Source: Octopus sinensis | Taxonomy: Eukaryota | DNA length: 64,000 nt | Assembly (NCBI RefSeq): GCF_006345805.1 | Contig: NC_042998.1 | Span: 17,484,001-17,548,000 of the forward strand | Direction: 5' to 3' | In this document: positions 53,226-64,000 of the stretch, piece after piece | Numbering within the stretch: position 1 is the first letter of the stretch | How the letters are laid out: each line of letters begins with the position of its first letter | The notes under the pieces: generated by a model | Told to the model about the DNA's origin: nothing | Seen by the model: only the letters and a program-made list of their open reading frames with translations | Databases searched by the model: none | Made by a program: the position numbers and the translations under genes

Positions 53226-53902
53226 GGATGCCCAGACACATCTATATGATGTCTGCATGCATGCTAGGCTTTTGAATGCTTGCATCTAGGTAGTTATAGT
53301 GTGACATGATATTCCACAAGGAATTATTTTCGTTGATTATTTATGCATGCAAGAAATAATACAATCATTCACTTAGTCATTTATTTGCGGTGCAAAACTT
53401 AGAATTTTTCATTCTGCAACATGTTCACATATTGCGCACCAGATATAAACACATACAAACGCCTTTGAATAAAGAGACTCACCAGTAACACGCACACACA
53501 CTCACATACATATACATACATATATACATGTGTACATACATACATATATACATACATACATACATACATACATATAAGTATGTTTCGATCGAAAACCTAC
53601 CAAAATTCTAAATAAGGCGAGAAAGTTTTATTTGTCCATTACACAAAAGGAAATGCAGAATATATGCGCATACGTATATACATATATATGTATGTATTGA
53701 TATGTATGTGTATGTATGCATGTAAATGGGCAGATGCAACTGCGCGTGTTTGTGTGTGCGTACGCGCGCGCGCGCGTGTGTGTGTGTGCATTTGTGCATT
53801 GTTTCTACTGTTGTGCTCCTTGGGACCCCCTTGTAGTGGTTTTAAAAATAAATTATATGAAATATTATTGTTATATTTGAGGACTATACAGAAATAAATA
53901 CA

Positions 53903-54062
53903 CGCAGGAGTGGCTGTGTGGTAAGTAGCTTGTTTACCAACCACATGGTTCCGGGTTCAGTCCCACTGCGTGGCACCTTGGGCAAGTGTCTTTTACTATA
54001 GCCTCTGGCCGACCAATGCCCTGTGAGTGGATTTGGTAGATGGAAATTGAAAGAAGCCCGTC

Positions 54063-54105
<43 letters not shown>

Positions 54106-54326
54106 TGTGTGTGTTTGTGTGTGTGTGTTTGTCCCCCTAGCATTGTTCGACTACCGATGCTGGTGTGTTTATGTCCCCGTTACTTACCGGTTCGGTAAAA
54201 GAGACCGATAGAATAAGTACTGGGCTTACAAAAGAATAAGTCCCGGTGTCGAGTTGCTCGATTAAAGGCGGTGCTCCAGCATGGCCGCAGTCAAATGACT
54301 GAAACAAGTAAAAGAGTAAAGAGTAA
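53903..54326 (+). mobile_element. SINE family B, full length
   Basis: Colinear with 47300-47725. Confidence 0.92.
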
Positions 54327-54337
54327 GAGAGCACTAA

Positions 54338-55525
54338 ATACAGGGTGTAGCAGTGAGGACGAAAATGTTTGAAAAATTCACAAAATCACTAATTTTAGCT
54401 GGAAACAAATTTTATTGACAACAACGTGTTTCTATTGAATAAGCATTAGTCAAAATTAAGTGTGGAAAACAATATCTATTATGTGGTGCCCGCTTTCATT
54501 AATGAATTTCTAAAAAGTGTTCTTGGAGGTTAACCTCCACTCCCGCCAGCATTGCTGTGTAGATTTGGGCAACTTCCACGTGAATAGCCTCTTCGAGTCG
54601 TCTAATCTACAGGGCTTACGCGCATACACACGTGTCTTGAGGTTTCCCCACAAGCAATAATCACAAATGGGCAAATCATGGAACCGAGGTGGCCAAGGAA
54701 TGCCAGCAGTCCTGGAAATGAGGTGGTCACCGAGGGGAAGGCGAAGAACGTCCATTGATTTTCTAGCTGTGTGGGCCGTCGCCCTATCCTGCAGAAACTA
54801 CACACGTCGAATGTTCAGCATGTTTTCGTCGTTATTCAGGCATCTCGATGTAACGCTCGGAATTCACAGTAACGGCATTTTTATTATTGTCTTCAAAAAC
54901 GAAAGGACCAACGACAGCAGCTTTTCCAGCAGCACACCCGTCCCTTTTTGGTTGTGCTGTGGTCTTTCGTACAGTTCTCTCGGATTTTCAAGAGCCCAAT
55001 AACGACAGTTCAGTTGATACATCACACATTAACAAAATAACGTTGCCATTTGCCTCAAAAATTGATTCCATCTGACGTGCGAAGTTAAGCCGCTGTGCAT
55101 AGTCCCATGGTTTCAACTGATGCCCAATAACCAATTTCTACAAGTGGAAATGCAGGTCTTCATACAACATACTCCTTACTGATCGAGTACCGATGCCAAG
55201 TTCAGTGGAATGCCTCGGAGCAGAGCGATCGGAAACTGTATCAAAACTTGTCTGACGCGTTCCGCCAATTTCTTATTCTTTAGCGAACCTCGTGTATGAA
55301 GTGCATTCATCCAACGTAAGATTGTGTTACGAGTTGGAACAGCCGCGCCGAAACTTATGCTGAACTGCTGTGACATCACACACAGTGTCATGGCTTAACC
55401 TGAAAAGAAAAACAAATGCTAAGAGACTGAGGACCGAATGGTAACTGACGGCAATATGTCCGTCACCAGGGGCTGAGTAATAGTCATTTCAAATACGTCC
55501 ATGATCTATGTGCCCACACCACATA
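54338..55525 (-). mobile_element. Decayed Tc1/mariner-superfamily transposon
   Basis: Minus-strand remnants VPTRNTILRWM..GSL (N-terminal HTH) and HLISR..IPWPPRFHDLPICDYCLWGNLKTRVY (WPPRSPDL..D.FLWG.LK..VY motif). The left end is tacagggtgt; the right end is only loosely TIR-like. Confidence 0.8.
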
Positions 55526-55547
55526 TACTTGGTTTTCATGTCATCTT

Positions 55548-55549
55548 TA

Positions 55550-55599
<50 letters not shown>

Positions 55600-55616
55600 T
55601 ATTATTATTATTATTA

Positions 55617-55675
<59 letters not shown>

Positions 55676-55680
55676 CATAC

Positions 55681-55720
<40 letters not shown>

Positions 55721-55737
55721 TATTATTATTATTATTA

Positions 55738-55788
<51 letters not shown>

Positions 55789-55789
55789 T
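55548..55789. repeat. Compound (ATT)n-(CAT)n-(ATT)n microsatellite, repeated at about 56715-57008; (ATT)n again at 57934-58038
   Basis: Direct reading; the blocks share the same interruptions. Confidence 0.95.
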
Positions 55790-56714
55790 CAGTAGTTTTA
55801 TTTTTATAGCGTGCTTTCACTTCACTACCGAACGCAGCTCTGTGTGCCTTGGGTATGTGCTGTGATTTGTTGTGATGCTCTGATGGTTATTGTATGGAAA
55901 GTGTTCTGCGTAGGATGTGTGCAGTGCCTAGCAAGAGAGCATTGCACGCCATGAAAGTGATACTGGAGTGAAATATACTAAGTCCACTATACTCATCAAG
56001 ACTCATAGGGCACATGCATCACAACCGTATGTGCGTGACATAGTGATCTCATATCAAGATAAAGGCCTTGCAGGTGGGGCCCAGTTAGAATTTTCTTCAC
56101 GTCTAGTAGACCATCCCGCTCAAAAGGTCCCTGAATAAGGGTTGTTTAAGGATGATGAACAAAGCACCCATGTTTCAAAATATTAATTATCCGTTCCTCA
56201 AAAAATTCCTCTCAACACATGGCTATGATGCTCCCCCACCACTTCTGCTAGTGATCAGTGATACACGTATCGTCAATGAAAACTCACAACTTATTTTGCT
56301 GGGTATGATGGAAAGAGTCAGCTGTCCACAGCCAGCAGACTAAGGTGACACTTGTTTACTGGTCATGCTTCTGGAAGGCTGTGAAGAAATCTTGTAGTCC
56401 CAACAATGCTGATTTTTATAGGTGCTCTTCCTTCACACTTGCACCAATGGTTTTCATGTCGGTATTTGAGTGCCGATACTTCCTAGTGCACCAAATACTA
56501 TTGCTATCACGTCTACTCTTTTCATTGACCACAACCTCCGTGATACAATCGGTGTCCCCCTTTAGGGTTGCGGGCTCCGTGTTCTGTCAACATATTTCTG
56601 GTCTTGGTATCCATTTTCTTTACTTCACTTTTTGCCATTTTATAATCCCCGCTCCTTACCGAAGTGATGCTGTCGCCCACGTATTAACTTCTTCAATTTT
56701 ATTCAATCCAGGCA
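55790..56714 (-). mobile_element. Mosaic, internally deleted R4/Dong-derived element, copy 1
   Basis: Minus strand: NTWATASLR*GAGIIKW..KMDTKTRNMLTEHGARNPKGDTD is joined to RLWSMKRVDVIAIVFGALGSI..KSALLGT and a UTR. An unrelated module of about 300 bp follows, then 142 bp (55931-55790) matching 1302-1443 with 3 mismatches. Confidence 0.85.
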
Positions 56715-56757
56715 ATTATTATTATTATTGTTGTTATTATCATTATTATCATTATTA

Positions 56758-56875
<118 letters not shown>

Positions 56876-56892
56876 TATTATTATTATCATAC

Positions 56893-56938
<46 letters not shown>

Positions 56939-57008
56939 TATTATTATTATTATTATTTTATTATTATTATTTTATTATTATTATTATTATATTATTATTA
57001 TTACTATT

Positions 57009-57933
57009 CAGTAGTTTTATTTTTATAGCGTGCTTTCACTTCACTACCGAACGCAGCTCTGTGTGCCTTGGGTATGTGCTGTGATTTGTTGTGATGCTCT
57101 GATGGTTATTGTATGGAAAGTGTTCTGCGTAGGATGTGTGCAGTGCCTAGCAAGAGAGCATTGCACGCCATGAAAGTGATACTGGAGTGAAATATACTAA
57201 GTCCACTATACTCATCAAGACTCATAGGGCACATGCATCACAACCGTATGTGCGTGACATAGTGATCTCATATCAAGATAAAGGCCTTGCAGGTGGGGCC
57301 CAGTTAGAATTTTCTTCACGTCTAGTAGACCATCCCGCTCAAAAGGTCCCTGAATAAGGGTTGTTTAAGGATGATGAACAAAGCACCCATGTTTCAAAAT
57401 ATTAATTATCCGTTCCTCAAAAAATTCCTCTCAACACATGGCTATGATGCTCCCCCACCACTTCTGCTAGTGATCAGTGATACACGTATCGTCAATGAAA
57501 ACTCACAACTTATTTTGCTGGGTATGATGGAAAGAGTCAGCTGTCCACAGCCAGCAGACTAAGGTGACACTTGTTTACTGGTCATGCTTCTGGAAGGCTG
57601 TGAAGAAATCTTGTAGTCCCAACAATGCTGATTTTTATAGGTGCTCTTCCTTCACACTTGCACCAATGGTTTTCATGTCGGTATTTGAGTGCCGATACTT
57701 CCTAGTGCACCAAATACTATTGCTATCACGTCTACTCTTTTCATTGACCACAACCTCCGTGATACAATCGGTGTCCCCCTTTAGGGTTGCGGGCTCCGTG
57801 TTCTGTCAACATATTTCTGGTCTTGGTATCCATTTTCTTTACTTCACTTTTTGCCATTTTATAATCCCCGCTCCTTACCGAAGTGATGCTGTCGCCCACG
57901 TATTAACTTCTTCAATTTTATTCAATCCAGGCA
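57009..57933 (-). mobile_element. Mosaic R4/Dong-derived element, copy 2 (tandem duplicate, +1219 bp)
   Basis: Appears identical to copy 1; the ORF-track translations are identical. Confidence 0.88.
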
Positions 57934-57976
57934 ATTATTATTATTATTGTTGTTATTATCATTATTATCATTATTA

Positions 57977-58038
<62 letters not shown>

Positions 58039-58520
58039 GTTGTCGTCTTTGCACAGCTTCTAACACTGGATATGTACTACGGTGTCAGCTGTTCACTACC
58101 AGTGAACTAAGGTAACTCCCCATGTTTTTCTAGCACCATCCAGTATATTCGAACGGTTCCAAGCAGTGATGTTTTCTGCAAGTGCTCCACTTTTATTGCA
58201 GCCCGTATTTGTTCCATATACTTCTCAAAATTTTTACTTACTGTTCTCACGGCTCCGACAATTATTGGTACTACTACCACTTTTTTTATAGCCCATCTTT
58301 TCTATTTGCTTCAGAACCTCTCCCGACGGGGTCGCTAACCCGTCCATACATTAGATTTTGCCTCCCTTCAAGATGAACGCACCAAAACGTTTCACTCCGA
58401 ACTCCATTCTGATATCAGCTCTGAAACCATACCCCGTATCAACAAGGGGAGTGGCTTGGCATTCATCTTTTCCATAAAGTTTGAGGTCATTTATGAATAA
58501 CAAGTGGTTGATTTTTTTTC
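58039..58520 (-). mobile_element. Internally deleted R4/Dong element (RT domains 5-7 fused to RLE C-terminus plus 3' UTR)
   Basis: Minus strand: KINHLLFINDLKLYGKD..DIRMEFGVK..ILKGGKI..DGLATPSGEVLKQIEKMGYK, then directly VVVVPIIVGAVRTVSKNFEKYMEQI..KVEHLQKTSLLGTVRI..VLEK, a UTR and (AAT)n. Confidence 0.85.
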
Positions 58521-58575
58521 TTGGCAGCTAAGCATTTCGTCCGGCGTGCCAACGTGTCTGCCAGCTCTCCGCCTT
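58521..58575 (-). mobile_element. SINE family A tRNA-like head only
   Basis: Minus strand aaggcggagagctggcagacacgttggcacgccggacgaaatgcttagc matches the 6137 head. Confidence 0.8.
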
Positions 58576-61343
58576 GTGTATTGTATAGATGAACACTTAC
58601 ATTTGTTTAGGTATACGTTCATATGTATAAATATATTTATACAACTACACATAGGCAAATACGTACATCTATATGTATAAGTTGATGCTCTATGTTTTAC
58701 GGTCACCAACAATACCTTATCAGACATATCAAATCCCAATGATTGCAACTAAAACTCCTTATTTTAAAGGCCTGTCCACCCATGACCTCATAGATATGTG
58801 TCTCTGTGTGAATGTATGTATGTCTGTGCTTGTTTCTCAAAGATTATAGAAAATACCCTGGATCTATGGAAATAAAATGAGCGAACAAATCAGTTACACT
58901 ATATCTTTGAAAGGATAACAAAAGAATTTGAGCAGCATATCAGGTTTAGATTTAGTATAAAGATTTTATGACCACAATGTATGTTCGGAATAAAGTGAAC
59001 CCTGTGTTGCAAAAAACAAGACGAGAATTATTTGTGCAAAAGTTTATTAAATAATTACCCTATTTAAGAAATGTCGGAACGATAAAATAATTCGAAAAAG
59101 ATTTAAGTGTTAACTGGTTCACACCTCGATAAATGTTGGGTGCATCGATGTGTGTGTGTATATATATATATTAATACATACACACGCATGATTACATATA
59201 GATATATGGATAAATACGTGTTTGCACGCACATAGGATATATGTATATGATGTATGTTATGTGTGTATGTATGCGTTTTAAATAGCGTTTTACTGCATTT
59301 TCTGAGTCAATGACTATATTTTGTTTATGAGTGACAAACGATATCTCTGATATAGCGATAACGTTTCTATGAAAGTAAAATGGCTGTAAAATACGTTATT
59401 GTTTTGGACTGCTTCAATACTTTGCCTCAGTTGTAATATTGTTAATGTTGACTCATAAATGTCAAACTTTTATAGAGAAATATCACTGAAATATATATAT
59501 TTCAAGAAACAAATTACTATCGAGAGACTTGAGAGATGTTGAAAATGAAACGCAGATAAAAAGAAAGAAGCAACTCTCTCTGCTTGAAGAAATGTCAAAA
59601 CTCGATAAGGAGGTTTGTGTAATATCTTCGAGCACGCTGACAACATCGAAGACGTGTCTGAAATCTAAATAGTATATAATAGTGTTTCATACGAGATGGA
59701 AATCTTATTAAAGAATTTCTGAATCTCCATTCTCTGAAGAGAAAACGTATTTGAGTTAACAAATTCAAATTGTGCATAAGCAATCTATTGCCTATGGAAT
59801 AATACAGAATGATATGGTTTATATTTACAGAATAAATTATTTTCACCACAGGAGGTAGTTCATTCAAAAGTAGTGTATTATTGTGGTTTTTAAATGAAAG
59901 ACAATGGTACTAATTTTTATTTTCTATCTTACATATTCTTCTTACTCAATTGTATTTAACACAACCACATGAGGATACATGTTTTCTCCTATGATTCAGA
60001 GATAAAATCATATCACAAAACTGGAGGAAAATATTATGCTTGTCCGAATTCTATGTATAAAATTTTCAACACACAGTTGATATTTTTTAATGTCTTTGCT
60101 GTACTATTTTATATTTTATATCTAGTCAATAAAATATTCTCTAGATTTTGATTACTTTCAATAAAATTAAATAATTTTCAATTTTATATCATCTTCAATA
60201 GCAATATTTTTCTCGTATATCAGCGAGTTAATATTAAGCTAAATATATTGCAATCAATAGACTTATTGAGAAATACATCATTCTTTCATAATATAACCTA
60301 GGGTCTAAAAAAAACTATGATATTTATTACATTACTTATTAGATTAAAATTCAGAATTGCAAGTAATGCCACCATTCGCAGAGAAGGTGTAAGGCAAAGG
60401 TTCCTTATCATAGTAGTGGTGTATGAAAATAACAAAAGATTCACGTATTCAAAGATAGGTGGTCCCTATTATCCGATAGCAAATATTGCTAGAAACGCAC
60501 AAGCAAGTTGAAAAAGTGAAAGTGTAAGGTAAATTAGTTTCTCTCTAATCATTTGTTTTAACAACTATCAATCATGTCATCAATATCTTGAAATGACTTG
60601 TCACTTTGTGCGCTATGTTGAATGGGTTTTCTGGTACCTTTACTTATCCGTAGAATAATATGTAATTCGTTCGATAAGCAAGTTGTAGTTCTGTAGATAT
60701 TATTTTATTTACAGTTTCTATTTACGTTTAGTACACTACTCTATGATTAATAAATTGTACCATTTCTAGATATGTTAGATATAACGTATCGCTAATTGTT
60801 ATCAATATTTCGTAATCTGTTGACTATACAAGTGTGTTATTCATTTTTATTTATTTTTTAAAATTAAAAACTTAACTATTAACTGACAAGTTTTCTTTCG
60901 ATTGAAATGCAATCTAATCCTAACGAGAATGCATATGATTTCTCCAGACGTCTATGTGTTGAAAGTATATTTATAGAATTCCAATATTGTAGGTTTATAG
61001 TAATTCGTTAACAGATTGATTTCTTTATTGTAAAACATTTCAAAAACCTTCAGCAAATGTAAACACATTTGAAATGAAAGTGTCCTTTTCAAGGAATATT
61101 GAGCCATTTTGTAAATTGTATTGATTTTATACACGAAAGTCATATTTAAAGAATTTCATCCGTGTCACTGATTGATTCAAAATACTTTGAGGTTCAAGCG
61201 AAGACGTATTTCTTGTATTGTATTCAAAACTTTTTATACAATCCGGTTATTTCTTGTGTCCATTTAAATTATTTGAATATAAATGTTTCTTTAATCTTTC
61301 TATATTATTAAAGCAATCACTTGAACATTGGATTCAATTTCAA

Positions 61344-61565
61344 TACGAAGGGGTGCTGAAATGTTCCTGGCATTAAGGGTATCGCGAAAGATCTGGCTGG
61401 AAGCCCAACCTTCTAAGATCTTTTGCAGAGATTAGAAAAAAGTGAAAGACCGCTCCAATAAGTGTGTGAATGAGAGAGTGAATTCTACTGAATAAAATCA
61501 TAATTAACTAATCTTCCTATATTTTCTCTAACTCGAAACCAGGAACCCTTCACCACATTCTCGTA
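61344..61565. mobile_element. Mariner-type MITE (same family as 22353-22573)
   Basis: Ends are tacgaaggggtgctgaaatgttcctggc / ccaggaacccttcaccacattctcgta, and the interior is colinear with the 22353 copy. Confidence 0.8.
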
Positions 61566-63042
61566 TTTGCAAAATAATTTTTTAAAAAAAGAGGAAATTT
61601 ATGGATTTATGATTATCATTATGCGACGAGGAACCCTTTGTGTGTTACAAAAGAGCTGCATTAGACTTCCCAATGTATTTCAATGGTTTTCATCATTTTG
61701 TATCAGATATTTATTGAATCTTTATCTCTGAATTCTTCCTTCTAATGACTAATGTGTTAAATAAAACAGAACTACTTTACAGTAGCATCATTTTGAGGAT
61801 TTCATGTCATCCGTTGTTGTTATCACAATGTAGTTACTAATAAGTATTACATTTTTATAACGATCAATAACATTGCACTTGTGTTCAATTCCATCATTTC
61901 TATTTTGGAAATGTTAAAATTTTCAGAATATCTAAGACACTACTCCATCATATAATAACAAACTGTATATTACTTTACATACTAAGAGTGTAGGAAAGTA
62001 TAGTTATGCAATATAAAAGATATAGTAAATATATTAGGCTTTACATATAAATATGTAAGTAATTTATTTTACGCAGTTTTCCTTTACTAACAGGAAATGA
62101 TTCATATACAGCAATCAATTGCAAGATAACAGCAGGCATTTCACATTTTGTCTGGTGATTGAAATTCTACAAATTGTATTCATTATATTCTTAGTAAATT
62201 GTATTTGCACTCAACATTTTATAACCTGACGCAAATTAATCTTTGTGAAATATCATATCGTTCCATTATTGGTTAATGTATGTTTATAACTGACGTTAGA
62301 TGAAGACATGCAATTCAGCAATTCGAATATTGGCATATTTAAAATGGATGCCGATCATTCATTGCTATGGAATAATTGTCATTAACGAACATGTCATTTA
62401 CATATTTCATGTGTTCCTGCCTTACGCTTACACGGGCATACATAAATATGCATATGTGTATACACACACACATACACATATATGCGTATGCGTATGATAT
62501 ACACATATATACATAGAATATCCATGCATACACACACATGGGTGCATATGCACGCACACACATATATTGATTAATGCAATTTGAAAAAGACATAAAGATT
62601 ATTATGTGTACATGCGGGTGTAATAAATTGCAAAGAGTAATTGGTGTAGTTAAACTGATATTTAGGAGGGATCTCACTGTATGAAGGCGACTATTGATTG
62701 GATATGTCATGTTGATTATGCCATTAATATTTATTGATACAAGATATTGAAACCTTAGAAGAAAGACATATGTACATAATACATTAACAACTGATAATAC
62801 CCATCTGATATTTCAGGACACTTTACTAAATTACTTGCAGCCCATTCTTATACACCAATAATATAGGAACTTCAATAAATTGCATTAAGATTTGTAGTAT
62901 ATAACAATTACTTACCTAGAAACTGTAATCGCCTTTGCAGTATAGCTTTATATAGTAAGATTTATTTCTTTGCACATCTTTATTTTTAATGCCAATTCAT
63001 TTTTAATGAAAACTTTATATGTATATGCATGGGCAACCAGTT

Positions 63043-63085
<43 letters not shown>

Positions 63086-63086
<1 letters not shown>

Positions 63087-63308
63087 GCTGGCAGAAACGT
63101 TAGCATGTCGGGCGAAATGCTTAGCGGTATTCCGGCTGCCGTTACGTTGTGAGTTCAAATTCCGCCGAGGTTGACTTTGCCTTTCATCCTTTCGGGGTCG
63201 ATAAATTAAGTACCAGTTACGCACTGGAGTCGATGTAATCGACTTAATACCTATGTATGTCCTTGTTTGTCCCCTCTATGTTTAGCCCCTTGTGGGCAAT
63301 AAAGAAAT
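63086..63308 (+). mobile_element. tRNA-derived SINE family A
   Basis: Colinear with 6137-6372, with B-box gagttcaaattcc. Confidence 0.88.
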
Positions 63309-63326
63309 ATATATATATATAAATAA

Positions 63327-63360
<34 letters not shown>

Positions 63361-64000
63361 GTATGTATTATGTATGTATGTATGTATGTATGTATGTATG
63401 TATGTATGTATGTATGTATGTATGTGTATGTATTCGTGTGTGTGTTTTTCTCTGTTTGTATGTGTGTGTGTGTGTGTGTATGTGTGTGTCTTTGTGTGCG
63501 TCTTTGTATGCATGGATTCAAAAGAAACAGCATTATAGGTGCATGAAGTTTGATTTCGTCATATTTTCAGCAAACGCAATTGCGTTCGCATCACTAGTTT
63601 GCAAAGAGCGTAATGAAGTTTCCCTGATTCTATATGCTAGGCAAGTCTTTCACTATAGGAATGTTTTTCTCAATAACTCTATGTAGAGTTTAATAACCAA
63701 ATGTATAGAAAAATATGATCAATAAATAAAAATGACTACTTCACGTACAAAGACGGATATGAGAAGACAAATGAAACACATTTCAGAACGATATAAAAAC
63801 AAATACATTAATATACATACGGAGTCCTCTTTCGGTCAAGATTGATCTAGACATGTCTGCACGGAGCGGCGGAACATTTTTTTGTTTCGTGGAATTCTTG
63901 CAGTTGCTCATTCGTTTTGCTCTCCTCTTTTTACGCCAATGTTGCATAAGCATCACATCATGCTGATTTCTACAGCTGAAGGACAATCATTTGATTGTCA

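Noticed and set aside
62075-62160. Strong acceptor with tactaac-cag and a short peptide (NDSYTAINCKITAGISHFVW) vaguely like a GPCR TM3
   Set aside because: An in-frame stop follows within 21 codons, with many more downstream; the similarity is too weak to support without a search.

Overview
AT-rich eukaryotic DNA that looks intergenic or intronic and is dominated by microsatellites and repeats. No host protein-coding gene, rRNA, true tRNA gene or CRISPR array is recognisable. The repeat content and (TA)n/(CA)n density suggest a cephalopod (Octopus-like) genome; this is inference. Recognisable elements are: R4/Dong-clade RLE non-LTR retrotransposons (1-1494 and a stack at 55.8-58.5 kb, all tailed by or inserted in (TAA)n); RTE and CR1/L2-type LINE fragments; a decayed Penelope-like element (RT + GIY-YIG, minus strand, about 32.6-37.1 kb); three Tc1/mariner relics and two mariner MITEs; a non-autonomous Helitron; two abundant tRNA-derived SINE families; and a 4.5 kb AAAATTTT-based satellite with higher-order structure. 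Four observations stand out. (1) There are hammerhead-ribozyme (HHR) motifs: two have the canonical CUGANGA/GAAA core (32706-32749, 18817-18898), and four minimal variant-core copies sit in short (TA)n-embedded elements with a covarying stem I. (2) Internally deleted, mosaic R4/Dong elements are stacked head-to-tail in a TAA microsatellite, and one is fused to a SINE tRNA head. (3) Four long inverted repeats or palindromes lie between 13.7 and 32.1 kb. (4) The satellite contains a propagated inverted monomer. All calls were made by eye, without database searches or folding software, so the boundaries of decayed elements are approximate.
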